Assembly (NCBI GenBank): GCA_030141605.1
Contig: JAQGDQ010000105.1
Location: 496,001-560,000 of the forward strand
From: Tubiluchus corallicola
Taxonomy: Eukaryota; Animalia; Priapulida
Length of the DNA: 64,000 bases
Direction: 5' to 3'
The notes below the pieces were generated by a model, which did not search any database, had not been told where the DNA came from, and saw nothing but the letters and a program-made list of their open reading frames with translations. Positions 15,601 to 44,333 of this stretch are shown here, one piece after another. Within the stretch, counting starts at the first letter, position 1. Every line of letters begins with the position of its first letter. The position numbers and the translations under genes are program-made.

Positions 15601-16751
15601 TCTTTGCTTTTCTTGAAGCATCAAAACCATGCTTGTTGACGTTTACGGTTGGTGAGCCGTTTGCTTCCCAGTGTTTTGCACACTCATGCACACCTTGTAA
15701 TTAATAAGGGCTTGGTCAGCATCTACTTCTCTTTGAAGCTTCTAATTACAGAAAACTCTACGTAATTCAGATGGTTCGGGGACAAAGAAATGTCTGAATT
15801 GCGCGATAAACTGAGTTTGGCGAAGACACATACATCATCATATTAGTTTCGTATATTCATTTCTCGGTGGATGCACTATGCGCTTAGATGTAGCTATTTA
15901 TTGAAACGGTAACCTGCTTCATGGCCAAATGTCACTTAGTTTGCACTAAAGTAATTAAATGTTACTAATTCCATTTGTTTTCTATTTAGAAAATGCCTAA
16001 CGCTAACGCTAGCACACTCACTGCACCGCAACTTATGATGGAACCGCCATTATTATTGGAATTCAGCAATCAGAAATGAAATTTGATACAAGATTTACAC
16101 ACTCCCATGCACACATAAAAAACACCGTCTGCATTTTTCGAGAAAGACAGTATGTCAGACAAAGACAATTTACAGTCGTTGGAACAACAGACAACATTAG
16201 CCATACGTTACTATAAGGTGACTCTTAACGAATACAACACTGAGACGCAACAAATAACACAGATAACAATCATTTGCGACAATACAGATGGTCACAAGAT
16301 TCGAACTTGGACTGTAAGTAGAGTAGCACCCACAATCCGTCATCTTAACCAATCGAATTTGATATACCGAGTCAAAAAAACGAGTTTTGTGGTTACCTTG
16401 AAAATTAAGATATATAGATACAAATCCATTCTACCGAACCTGTACGAGGTGAGCGATATGCACTTCGGAATTACACAGAACTAAATTATGCAGAGTTTAT
16501 TGTACTTCTGTAATAACTATATGGAGAGTCTATATTGTGTCGTTATTTAGTACATGTCACTAATGTGGAATTTGGGCTAACCATATACCGCACTAGAACT
16601 CTACAGTAAATGGGTTAGTGCGGTAAACGGCGCCCAACAAAAGCATTCCATATTTACCTTACCTCATACGGTCTTTTACTGCAGAAATAGTCGCTTCAGC
16701 ACCCACACGCTTCAAGTGAAACATTGGCGCACTACTAGTTGTTGCAACCAT
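6685..16751 (-). CDS. TCF19: Transcription factor 19-like protein (N-terminal FHA domain, basic NLS-like segment, C-terminal PHD finger)
   Basis: Nine phase-consistent GT-AG exons: 16751-16663, 13946-13757, 11617-11501, 10770-10478, 9489-9422, 8803-8665, 7988-7816, 7184-7054, 6807-6685. N-terminus MVATTSSAPMFHLKRVG; FHA motifs FGR, ISRQHA, SLNGTYVN, LKEGDVIMFG; basic KKKKRGPKRKNRGRKRK; PHD CASKRC...WVQCDACEKWYHTECCG...FHCGC. The FHA...PHD architecture is that of TCF19. Confidence 0.85.
12486..13293. mobile_element. Tc1/mariner-pogo (Tigger-like) MITE in TCF19 intron 2
   Basis: TA target duplication on both sides. 24-bp TIRs: CAGTCAAACCTCATTGTACTGCCC versus reverse complement of right end CAGTCAAACCACTTTGTACTGCCC (22/24). 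No transposase ORF. Confidence 0.85.
14263..14478. repeat. Two-copy tandem duplication, ~112-bp unit
   Basis: caataaagtgtccgcattgcc...tatcctgaaagaaattt (from 14263) recurs as caataaaatgtccgcattgct...tatcctgaaaaaattt (from 14375) with scattered substitutions. Confidence 0.9.
14731..16637. mobile_element. Decayed TIR DNA transposon (possibly Mutator/MULE) in TCF19 intron 1
   Basis: Left end ttgggcgatgtttacggcattagcccatataccgcac resembles the reverse complement of the right end, ttgggcgccgtttaccgcactaacccatttactgtag. The subterminal ccatataccgca motif is repeated. A weak FLYWCH-like remnant (HEAGYRFNK) lies on - near 15900-15925. No TSD identified. Confidence 0.5.
16270..16350 (-). mobile_element. 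tRNA-derived SINE head (degenerate)
   Basis: Minus strand has A-box-like tcgattggttaag and B-box agttcgaatc at tRNA-like spacing. No complete cloverleaf. Confidence 0.4.
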
Positions 16752-17624
16752 TTCACCAAGTTAGTTGTTTACATCTTTTTACACAACTGGTGTTGTTATG
16801 AGCAACAAAATCGACAAAACAAAATTTATGATTACAAAATGTTACAAAAACCAACATCACCACATGCCGCCATGACGGTCTTTATAGATTGAGTCATCGC
16901 GGTGAAGCACAGCTGCACTACGGCCACGCGCACTTCCAAATAAGTTCGGTCATTATATTGATATTAATTTTTGTAATATAACGTAAAATCAATAATAATC
17001 CCCACCCCCAAACGTAAAAACAAGTTATATAAACATGTCATAAAACACTTTTACTGTAATACTGAACGTGAATACAAACAATATCGTAACAACTCAACTA
17101 TTCTTGTTAAAACATCCCAAACTAATCGGCAGAAAATAACATCAAAGAAACATGAAGTATATAAAATAATGTAAAGAAAACATGTTCAAATAACGTAAAG
17201 AAAACAAGAATGGCCCATATTAGCTGAAAATAGATGTTTTATTTACCAATTTCATAAAAGGCACATCTTCTTTTTCAGCCAACTACACCTAATGAAATAA
17301 TCAAGATCAGCAAAACACTTACTCCAAAGATCAGTTTCTACATTTTTTAATATTTCCCCCAAAACTGGAGCCAATTTTTGTACCTTTAAAACAATTAATC
17401 AACCGTTCTCTTAGTAATGGTGTTTTTTTCCAATAAAATGAAAGTACGCTCTAATAATACTCATTTTCAATGAACTACACACCCATTTCTTTGCTCCCTG
17501 TTGTTAAGTTACTAAGCCAGTGAATACTTGCATAAGTTGTTAAAACTGGTACGAATCGCGTTACGAGATTATGTTTGAAATAAATAAATAATTTGAAAAA
17601 ATTCGAAATTTTAAACCCAAACCA

Positions 17625-18530
17625 ATTAATATTGGCTTTTGCAAAAATTCTTCTACTGACCTTATACTTTTAACAGTCTGTAAAATACTAATGAGCACCA
17701 ATGAAAATAATTCTGTTACAACTGGAAACTGCTGTGATCTCTCTAAAGCATTTGAAGTGATTTGTCATAAAATTTTAGTCAAAAATTATGGCTTTAGGGG
17801 AATTTCATTATAGACTGGTTCCAAAGTCATCTTAGTAATCGTCCGCAGCGTGTCAAGTGTAACAATTTCTTCTCTGACGAGGCAACAGTAATTTGCAATG
17901 TTTCAGAATCCTTGTAATCCTAGGACCCCTCTTATTTTCAGTCTATATCAACAACATACACAACATCCAAAATAACATGAAAATAACAAAATTTGCAGAC
18001 GACACGACCACCTTCCTAGACATTGAAAATTTTTCTGTAAAATACTTTTCCTGGTGACTTATCTGAATGAGACGTGACTTATGACCTTCTAATTGTTCGT
18101 ATCGAACAAAGCAAATAAGATTTTTAGGCTTTATTTTACATGCATATCTAGATTGGGACTCTCAAATTAATGTCATTAGTTCCAGGATTGCTACAAATGT
18201 TGGAAATGTTTCCCGCAATAGTCTTTCTCAAGCACATTTAAGAGCTCTATATCATTCTTTAGTCATACCATACTTAAACTATGCCTGCATTTTATTGGGA
18301 CGTATTTCTGCACGTATATCTGTCGAACCCAGTTCCCTCTGTGTTCTCCAACATAAGTTTATTCACATTTTTCATGCTTTACCTGAATTCGGGCCTTTTT
18401 CTAATTGGCGCTTCAAAGAATTCAAACAAATGACTAGTGACGAATTAATTAAATATAATATAGGTATATTGCACAAAACTCGTGATAAATCTCTGCCACC
18501 CTTTTTGTGTACCCAAATTCTGGTACACTA
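17625..18530 (+). mobile_element. Decayed non-LTR retrotransposon (CR1/L2-group) reverse transcriptase fragment
   Basis: Frameshifted RT motifs DLSKAF..ICHKIL, YGFRG, WFQSHLSNRPQRV, ILGPLLFSVYIN, KFADDTT and LYHSLVIPYLNY. Confidence 0.88.
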
Positions 18531-19434
18531 AAGTAATTAAATTACCCGAAAGAGGTTATTCATTCAATATATATGCGTTCATCATTAAGCCCTTTTAATT
18601 CATAAGAATCGTAAAATAGCAACTATATAATCGTTATAATAATATTTATATAATAATGTATAATGATCATGTCTACACAGACGGATATATTTTCTATTAC
18701 ACAAAAAATTATCACAGAATATCTTATTAACATAGCTTATACATGAGTCATAAAATGTCAAAATGTCGACTTACAAATGTTTTAATTACACTAATTCGCC
18801 CCCTGTACATAGTTGAAAAATTGATCTGTATACTCTGCATATCTATTGCTTAAAATCATCATGCTTAAGATACGCCATCTTCTACAAAATGTGCAGAAAA
18901 CAATATAAAACATTATAAAAGTACATTTGCGTCACTCTGCCTACAGTTTAAGAACAATAATGATTGGATCAGCAAATTTTATTGTAAATGATAAATTATA
19001 TGCCACCAAACTGATGTGGGATTTTACAGTTAGAAGATGGCATGATATTTTATTGATGTCGTTTTTTACTGATGCTTTGTATTTTTAATTTTTTATGTAT
19101 TACATTTTTCGTACCTTTTAATAGTACATGACATGTTGTAGTTCTTAGTTTTTAGTGTAAATGTCTAACTTTTGTTTGTCATTTTTTTCTGCTGAAATAA
19201 ACTTTAAATAAAAAAAATAAATCAATTTGCTTCTAAAAGTGAACATTGTAGACTTAACAGTATTAGTCGTAATCATACTTTTTTACTTTGATTCAAGTTA
19301 TTTTGGACAATAATGGTGAATAATTTTATGCACGGAAAACAAGCGAAACTGGAATTTAAAAACACAAGTCTTTATACAATTAAACAGACTTTACTTATAC
19401 AAATGGCCTCAAAAAATGATGATTTGTTATAAAG

Positions 19435-34816
<15,382 letters not shown>

Positions 34817-35065
34817 ATTCTTTCCCGTGGTTGAATGATTAGCAACACAGACGCTATTTGCTCTATTCTAGTTAAATATTTATTAGTCCTATAAAAACGA
34901 ATCACTTGAACAACACCTTGTTTACACCAAAGAATAGTAACGGAAAAAATCTTTGTTGTGGATTAGGAAAGGAGTTCTAATAGCTTGTTAAAAATCCTCA
35001 AATAAAAGGTGGAAGATATTAGCTTTAGCTATTAGAGTCCAGTGAACCATTTATATATATATATA

Positions 35066-35145
35066 TAAACTTCGGGGTTAAATAATCGAATGCGTTATAT
35101 ATATATATATATATAACACATTCGATTACTTAACCACGAAGTTTA
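35066..35145. repeat. 80-bp near-perfect palindrome with (TA)n centre, upstream of the SLC44A start
   Basis: Left arm taaacttcggggttaaataatcgaatgcgtta versus reverse complement of right arm taaacttcgtggttaagtaatcgaatgtgtta shows 3 mismatches. Confidence 0.92.
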
Positions 35146-36991
35146 AAAATACTGTTGACTTTTAGTATTAAAAATCAAAAAAATATTGCTAAATAGAATA
35201 GAGATTGAAAGAGCATGAGTATGGTTACCGTTGTAAATTCACACACAGACCTAGCTGTATTAAAATTTTTTGATAAAGTTAGTTACCACATTATTAATTA
35301 TAATTGTAACACAAATCTCCCTATATGAGCCTACATTGTTACAGAAACTTTAACTTTGCTTCACATGTAATCGCACAGAGCGCGCCAGTCACGTTTCGAT
35401 CACTAATGGTCACCCATCAGCTTGATCTATATTTACTAAAAATTCATCAATAATTGACTGCAATCTGGTATCTCCAAGCGACCAGAAACAGCTACGTACC
35501 GCAACAAAATCCTGAATAACAGTATATCACAACAACAATGTAACTACCATGCAAGAATTCCGGTAAATGCTGACGTGAAAAGTTTTGTTTACATTTGCCG
35601 TGTATTTATGGATGTTTAATAATGCTGCAACATGGTGCATGAGCCTGATCTACAAATATTCACATTGTTGGCATCCAAAACTACACTTTTGTAGGATTCT
35701 TAACTATTGACAAGGGTGTGAAAACAGCTATTTGATAAAATCTCTGCCGACACCTATGACAGAAACTGAAGATTATTGTGCTACATTAGTCATTTTGCAG
35801 TACAACTTTTATGCCGTTTATAATAGATGCCTACTAAAATGCACCCTAGTTTGTGCAGGTAGGAGAATAAATACGCCTACATGCTGGCCATAAACTGCTA
35901 CAGTAATACAACAATAAAGAATGACTTTCGTTTACATTAGCAAGGTAAACAGCACTATAGTTTTTTATCTTTTAGTTTTATAACAGACAAGTTGAGTGGT
36001 ATAATGTTTAGACACAATTGAACTTAAAATAAGGAAGTAAAGAACTCAGTTGGATGTAACATGTAGACTTTGGTTTGTAAATTCCCGAGCATGTATTGCA
36101 AAACCAATGCAAAAGAAACTATTAATAATGAATCAACAGGTAGAAAGCTAACCCATAAGATTCTCTCTAATGCATCTGACGAGAGTTGTGCTGTTTAGCT
36201 TTATTTATTTCCATGTTTTCAATTACAAAATTATATAATGAAAACTAAAACCCAAACTGACTGGTATTATTAAAAAATTTATTATATACCCGATATACAC
36301 CTCCAAGAATTATCAAACACCTAACAATGTATGAACAAAATTGTGATCTTCAAAGTATGCCTAATGAGTATCATATTTATAAGACAATTGCTATCATAGG
36401 CATTTGAGTGAGCCATTTACTTGATAATGCAGACTGTAAACTTGTTCTACTATTTCAACTAGACAAGAAATGTGATCGCTGGAAACAGTCATTTACTTCA
36501 CTGATTGAGTCTAAGTGGACAATATACAGTTCACAAACAAGATATTACATTTCTCACAAAACCACAAAACTTGATAAAAGGGTCATGAGAAGCCTTGTTG
36601 ATTTTGGCATTAACCCATTAGCATAAAATACGGGCTACAACATTTACAGTTCATTTGAAGTGTGAATCCCATAAAAATACAACCAAGATTATCAGAGAAT
36701 TACAACGAATATTTCAAGGGAACAACATAAATATTGAACACAGTGGTTTAATAATTACTTTACTTTGTCAAACTTCTAAAGAAAGGACAGAACTTGAATA
36801 CCCATATTTAGACAAGCATTGTTTCAATGTCATTGTCAGTTTATCATAAAACATGGACATAGTATACAAGAATAATTGCAAGTTCCTCAAATCATTCTGG
36901 CCCAATTAAATGCTGAAAATCACACTTTCGTCCATCCATGCATCATTTCACCAAATTCAGCAGAGAGATTTCTAAATACCAGCCTTTTGTG

Positions 36992-39900
36992 CTACTGTGA
37001 GCCAGTTGAAAACAATGCCAAAAGTCCACTTGCTATACCAATGGACATGATATAATTTCTGAAATATCAAGTCAAGGAAAGCAAATAAATATAAAAGAAC
37101 AGACATAAGAGTGTCATTCAACAGGCATAACCTTTTCAGCCACATATTCGTACCAGTGATTAGGATAACATTATAGTGCTTGTACTCAAGGAAATTTTAC
37201 GATTTTCAGAAAAAAGCAAAACAAAATTTCCAAAAAAAGAAAAAATATTCAGGTTAACCTTAAGTTAAGATTTTATTAAAACTTCTGTACTATTATGTTG
37301 CTACAATGTGCCATATACCACAGGATTACAGCAAGCTAATGAAGTATAGAAGAGTATAAGAACATGAGATCATATTCACATAGTATGGACTTTATAATCT
37401 CTGTGGACTCACTAAACTATTTATTGCTATGGTTGCATAACCTGTTCATATATTGAAAGCAATTGCAAACGACGGAGGGAAAAGCAAGACACAAAAAAGC
37501 TTGGCTCATTAAATCACCCAGTAACAGAAAATATTTAAAATAATCAATTAGTTTATATGTTATCCCTAAAGTATTGTTGGTATTCTGCTTTGTTGCTTCA
37601 ATTCCAAAACTGAAAATAAAGACATTACTGCTAAAAGCGAATACAGTAAGTCCTCGCTTAACAATGCTACTCCATTCCAGCAACATGCAATGTTAACCGA
37701 AACATCCTTAAAGGAAACCAAGACTTTCATGCAAAGTAATGTAAAAGAATAAAAATAGGCTCCAGAGCCAAAAATCAATGCTGCTTAATTCATATAAATG
37801 AAGTGATATATGAGTTTTTTTTTATTTATATGTGTAGTAACTAATTTCGTTTTGCTTGCTCGAAACCACCTATCTTTGCTAATGCTTTTTTCCCTTAATG
37901 TTGAAACCCTACACTGTTAAACACTGCATAATAAAAGTCAAACCCTAGGGCAGCTTTAGGACAATTTCACCTACATAATGGTTGCTATAGCAACAGGTTG
38001 CTGGTAAAATTCCTTTGCACCCAGGTGCCTGGAGCCTACAAATCGCAAACGGATCTTGCTTGGTGAAAACGACTAGCATTTAGCAGTCAGACGGGAAGTA
38101 AAAACATAAATAATTTTGCATTGTTCTACATTACTAATGCATTTTAACAGAATGATGCAATAGGTACTGTTTTAATGTTTCAAACTAGGTAAAAAATTTG
38201 TTGCTAAAATAATAAATTGCTTTGAGGAAAGTAAAAAATTATTGTTAAAATGAAATGAAATTAAAGTGAGAAAATGTGTCAAATGTTCAGCGGCATTAAA
38301 ACGAAACGTCGCTAAACACGGGGGAGTTGTTTATTGAGGATTTGCTGTACTGGCATTTATGCTATTGCACTGACAAAATAGTAGACTTGAGTACCATCTA
38401 GTAAACAAATATGATACCGTATTTTTCAGTAAAGCAATTTAATTATTATCAGAAAAGCACACATTTTAAAGTGTGTGCACTTAATAAGAAGAAAATAAGA
38501 AAATTTTGCTAGTCAAAATGAAAAAAGAGAAATAAAATTACCTGAGAAGCATTTTTGAAGCACTAAACAAGACCTAGGAGAATACATAAGCAGTCAGTAT
38601 CACTATTTTCATTCAACATTGGGTCACAATAGACAGATATATAAACTTTAGTTCATAAAAGTTATAGTAATAGTTTGCCAAATTTCTAAACTTTTGAAGC
38701 ATAAAATTTTATGTCACAAAATTGGATTTAAAATTTAAGGCCAGGTAAGGTGACTTTCCATATTAAACTAATTTAACAACAACGTGTAAGCAGCAACATA
38801 CACGATATACTACCACATGCTAGCCTGAAACATTCTCGTTAGTGCCAAAAAGGATACATAGTTGGCGACACTGTTTTCAAAATATAGAAAGAACAGAAGA
38901 TAACGAGGACAAGGTAGAGCGCATTGTTATAGAAAATTGAAAATGTAGTAGCCTCGTAATCTGCAACTTCATTCTTTTTCCAAAGTGCTCTGAAAAAAGT
39001 TACATATATCTGATTTAAAAACGAGTGTCAATTTAAGCAAAAATTGTGCATATTGTAGGAAAAGCAAAAGTTGTGATTGATAAACGTGTGTTCGGCTGTT
39101 TGCAAATTGTACCAAAAGTACTAAGTACTAATTAAACCTGTTAGCAATTTTGCACATTGAGGATGCAGAAGGGAACTAATTTTAGTCAAGCAAATTAATG
39201 ATTTGTTGATTTAAATCAGTCATCTTTCTGCACTCATTTTCAAAAATCTCTGCTATCAAACAACCTTTAATTTCAAAAACATTTCAATATGCATGAACAT
39301 ATCGAACATTACTTTAACCTAAATGGCAAAAAAATTTATATTGCATATATGCAAAGATGAAGTAGATTTTGGAGATTGAACATCTTAAAAAATGCATGAA
39401 TGCGAAAAACAGGATACCTCCCATGGCCACAAATGAGTGAAGTAACTAAGATTCCACAAGTGGTTCCTTACTGATAGCAGTAAGCAGTTCCACGGTGATA
39501 GTGTACAGCTTAACTGTAATTGATCTAATGTACTGCTTAGCAGTTAATCCTGTTTCAGTAAACTGAAACCCTCAGTCCCCGAAAAACTTATGTTGTGACT
39601 ACTTTGACATAAAATACCGTTCATCTTTCTCTTTTCGTGACATGGATTTGTTGTCGGCCAAACTCTTGTTCACCTCTCTATTAACACCTTCTTCTCTTTT
39701 CAAAGCAACCCTAGAATCAGAGGAATCGTTAAAATGACAACTCAGTAATGCTTAGAACAGAAGTTTCTCTTACTGATCAACTGGTATAAGAATAAGATTT
39801 ATGGTAAAAGAACAAATCAAAGTATGCAACTTGTCAATTACTAAGGAACAGCATCTAACATATGTTTATCAAAATCTACTTTTGCAAGGTAAGGGCCAAA

Positions 39901-42900
39901 TATAAAAGCGCTTGAAAATGTTCATATATTTTAAGAACTGAAGCATTTAACGTTTTTAAATGGGTTATAGTTAAACCTCTATTATGCTGGTAATAGACAG
40001 ATCGCAAGCGGCTTTTAGCCCTACCCACCTTGATCACGTAACACACGTTCTCACAAACACTCACTCACTGCAAGTCACAAAATAATTATACGCAAGAATA
40101 TGTGCATTATATCAAATTTATTGCGAAGTTTCAAACATAGTTACAATAAAAGCACTAGTTATAATAAAAGTTACAACAAAGTACTAAAAGAACAAATATG
40201 AAATGGTGTGTTAATTTTGCTTTACATGTTCTGTTGTAAAGCAAAATTTTTATAACACTTTTACTTACACCAAAAACAAATTATTTTAGTGTCTCGTACC
40301 TAATTCTAACATAAACATGAAAATTGAATAAAAATCAAATAAGTTAGCCAGCTGAACTATCTAACTATACTACTGCACGCTCAGACCATCATACTCAACC
40401 AATGAAATCCTATTTGTTCTGTACAGTATCTGGAAAATCTTGTTGCAGTGCATTAGGTCCTGATTTAGCAGGACACATTCTACAAGTAGGCAGGAGTAAT
40501 AAATAATAGTACAGTGTAATAATAAAACACCAGAAAACTTCTCTTGAGCAGACAGCACAATTTTTGTTAATTTTTAATGGGTTGAGCTGTTCATGTGGCT
40601 TCCGGCGTGCTCTGACCCAACGGTGACACTTGTCTAAGTCTTTTTTTGGGTTGAGTTGGTGAAAGTCGAAGTCATCCTTCCAATCTTTCTGGATAGCGAA
40701 CATCCACATTACACGTGCCCCAAGCACAACACTTCATCATTCTTCACTACTATTAACGAATTTAACTGCACAAGGTTTTTTATGGCAAGAAAAAAGCAAA
40801 AGTAATCATGAATACACGCATTAGCTGTATATTTCGTGTAGGCTTTAAGCGCAACTGTGGCTGGGCATGTGAGTAAAGCCCCTAACAACCCAAGAACGAT
40901 AAGCGCCAAATATTCTGCGATCCATGTATTGGCAAAATATACAATTGCAAATTGTAGAAGATCTCTGAAAATACCTAACCATTTGAATGTCGGGAATTAT
41001 ATTTAAACGATGTTTAACCTTTTTATTAAAATGTAGATGTAAAAAAGCATTAATGGTAATACAGTGACAGTTGTGAGCTATACAAATAATATGCAAAAAA
41101 GGTAAAGCCAAAAATTTACTCTCTTCTAAAAACGTACTTATGTTTTAAAACAAACTTCGTGTTCTTGTAAGCAAATGCAACCAGATAAGTGCTGACAAGT
41201 GTCATGGCAACCCAGACAAGTCCTGCTTGGTATGGATCCTGTTGATGAATCCTCCAGAATAACCCTACAAAACAACAAGCTATAACTTCCTACAGTTTTG
41301 AGACAAAATGCACACATCATTTTATAAATATAAGCATTTAACTAGAATGCCATGTTGTGGTATTTAATATATAATTTATGGAAAAGAAAAATCTACAAAA
41401 GGAAGCAGTTCTTTTCATACAATGTATTTTCAGTAAAACTAAAACAGACTGTATAGTAATACTTTTACATCATCTTTATCGTCTTTATAATCATTAATTA
41501 TTGCCACACCAACACAATGAAATGCTGGTGCTATGGGCCTCATTCAGCCACGAATGCCCAGTACTGAACAGATTATGCAAAGAGCATGGGAAAATTCATT
41601 TCCAAAAGGCTTCAAAAACTTCACACACTAAGTGCCAGATACGTGTATTACCCAGCTATAACAAGTGACTGTGTCATAGCTGTGCACAAGATATCAATAC
41701 ACGAATAATTTGTTATTTATAATTTTTTTAAATAATACTAGCACAAAGCCCCTAAAATCTTGAAGCCCTGGGCAAATGCTTTAAAGCAGCCTTGATTTAA
41801 ATATGTATTTCAGACACAGATAGTGACCCTATACTGGAACGTAAACCGTGTATCCTGATTTCCTTAAAAAGTACGAAAAGAAAACTTTAAAAATATGTCT
41901 CAAAAACTTTCAATACAAATTATATTGCTTAGTAAGCTTACCTGTCTGAAATACATATGTAAATGAAATAGAAATTTTCTAATAATCTAAAATTTTTATG
42001 CCAGGTGGTGAAACATCACAGCACCACAAAAAAAAACTCACCGACTCACCAAAAATATAATCTTATTGACAAAATAGTAATTTATACTTTTGCTTAGTTA
42101 GCGAAGTGTGTGCTAGGAATGCTCTGGTTATTTTTTCGAACTTTACGTAATGCTATCTAAGCTTGTTTCAAACGACTTACCATCAAGATGCCTTTGCTTA
42201 ACGGTCATCACGGGAGTTTAAATTTTTGAGTTTTATATAGCGTTACTACTAGTACTAGTTCTGTGCACAATAAAACAGTATGCACGTGATACAAAATTTT
42301 CAGACGAATTTTTTTAGCTTTAGCCTATTTAAGTAAAGGGTTTTCTTGTCCTTTGAGTTGTATGCATCATTTTAGATGCTTTTAAATCTAAAACTAAAAG
42401 TCATTGTTGCAGTTTACCATATAAGTGTATTTGAAGACAACAAAGTACCTTATGAATTTCAAGAGTATCTTATACATTTTAAGTATTTCACTGGGCATGT
42501 ATGAAAATCACTATATATTTAACTGGTTTATTAATTAGCTGACTGCATTAGAACTGATTATTCTACAATCCATAATCAAGAGATGGGGTATTAGCACTTC
42601 AGCAATTTGCCCCTCAAGCCTCCACTTTACTAAAATTGCTGTAACTAAGTTATACAGCAGTATGGGATCTATGAATTTAGATGGATTCTGATGCCAGTGG
42701 TTATCCAGATGTACCTTAAGTTAATCAATATTTATTAGCTCAACAACATTGGCTGGGAACTTGTTCCATGGATTGACAATTCTTGACGAAAATGCGTGCT
42801 TTAGTATTTTTGTCCAACTGCCCTGGATACAATGCTTAATGTATCCATATGAATGCTTATACGATGTTCATATGGATGCCCTTGTCTGTTGTTGTTGTTT

Positions 42901-44265
42901 ACAACTTCTAGCATAATCGTCGATGCCATGCAGAATTCTAAAAGCTTGTATCACGTCATGCCTATACTTAAGTGAGGTTAGACTGAGTTCTTGAAGCCTT
43001 TGTGAATAACTTAAGTTACTCAGTCCTGGAATCAACCTGGTCATTTTTTGTTGAAGTTTCTCTACTGTGCAGTTAGAATCCTGTCTTGTTGGGCCCCATG
43101 CCACATCTGCATAATCAAGGATGAGTCTAAACATAGACTTATAAAAACGCAGAACCATATGTTTATCAAGGAACTGAAAATTGCGCTTGACCCGCGTTAG
43201 CGACTAATCAATGTGATTTGGCATCTATTACACAACTATTTAATGCATTGATGTTGCTTTCAAGATTGGCATACATTGGTGAGTGAGATACTTTGCCGTA
43301 CATTTTGCAAACATATGGATTAATCAACAAACAATTTGCTTGCACAGTTGGTATTATTAGGCAAATCACTGATGTTAAGTTTTAAAATAATAACGGTCTG
43401 ATGACAACACTGCCTTGTTGGATTCCATATGTGATACGTCTGCATGCAGATTTGCTTCCATTGACAACTACACATTATTGTCTGCCTCTTAGAAATTGAC
43501 ACATCCATCGCCACATCGTCCTTGTAGAAGTAAACTGCATCAAAAATTTCTGGCAATTCCTCTATTGTTTCTAATAAATTGGTGATACAAGATAAGGTGG
43601 CGGTAATTATATTTGGAGTGTATTTCAGCAAACAAATAAGTTCACAGTGTCCATTTGTCATTTTTAGAATCCATAGCATTTTAAATTCTTTCAATGTATA
43701 TACATATATCTTTTTTTTATTTCTTTAGCGTGATGTTTGCATGTATTTCAATAAACTACGTTTTTTAATTTGTCATTTTTGATATCTATTTCTACAATGG
43801 CACTTACCAGATATCTGAATGCATTACTTATCCAGCTGCGTATAAAAATGAATAGGAATAGCTGCATAAAAATAATGCATAGTAACACAAATATGATAAA
43901 CGGGCTCTTTAAAAACAATATGAAGCAATGACGCATTCCGGACATCTGGTAAACGCCACTTACGTCTATTTTTTAATTCGGTAATAACCTCAAGTTTCTT
44001 TCAATAAACATATCCCATCTTTCTTTACGATCATCTTCTGTACTTAAAGCGGTGACGTGTCACCGAAATTAGCGCACGTTTAAAGACGATACTGAAATGT
44101 TAATTAAAGTACAAAATACACAACAAATTACTTACATAATGGAATAGCTGACACAACAAGTGCATTTCCATAAAACAAAGCAGATGATTTTGCTGTAACA
44201 TTACGGCTAAAGTCTTGCAAAAGTAATTCCTCCTGCTTCGTCAGATTTTTCTTGGAAGGTGCCAT
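36992..44265 (-). CDS. SSR3: Translocon-associated protein subunit gamma (TRAP-gamma)
   Basis: Exons 44265-44136, 41264-41138, 39710-39618, 38989-38858, 37058-36992. Translation [50 protein letters not shown]...[23 protein letters not shown]...[33 protein letters not shown]...[21 protein letters not shown] closely matches recalled SSR3. Confidence 0.97.
37059..38857 (-). other. U12-type GT-AG intron (last intron of SSR3)
   Basis: Donor AT|GTATCCTTTT. Branch point TTTCCTTGAC (37080-37071) ends 12 nt from the 3' end of the intron. Confidence 0.93.
37644..38347. mobile_element. Tc1/pogo (Tigger-like) MITE inside the SSR3 U12 intron
   Basis: TA|CAGTAAGTCCTCGCTTAAC ... GTTTATTGAGGATTTGCTG|TA; TIR identity 14/19 with a TA duplication. 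Confidence 0.7.
40545..40740 (-). pseudogene. Decayed THAP zinc-finger fragment of DNA-transposon origin (Harbinger/ISL2EU-associated type) in SSR3 intron 2
   Basis: [22 protein letters not shown] followed, after a frameshift, by [35 protein letters not shown]. This is the THAP C-x-C...W...VCS pattern with a stop and a frameshift. Confidence 0.75.
42700..43650 (-). mobile_element. Decayed CR1-type LINE ORF2 (RT and C-terminal) fragment in SSR3 intron 1
   Basis: Motifs [93 protein letters not shown], with many disablements. Confidence 0.85.
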
Positions 44266-44321
44266 ATTGGGAAAGAGCAAAAGTGCGAACTTGAAAATTC
44301 GTCTGCTGGTTTGGAAGCGTG

Positions 44322-44333
44322 TACGCATGCGCA
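44322..44333. promoter_or_regulatory. NRF1-like site in the SSR3 proximal promoter
   Basis: tacgcatgcgca is one mismatch from YGCGCAYGCGCR and lies about 60 bp upstream of the SSR3 ATG in a locally CpG-richer patch. Confidence 0.45.
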
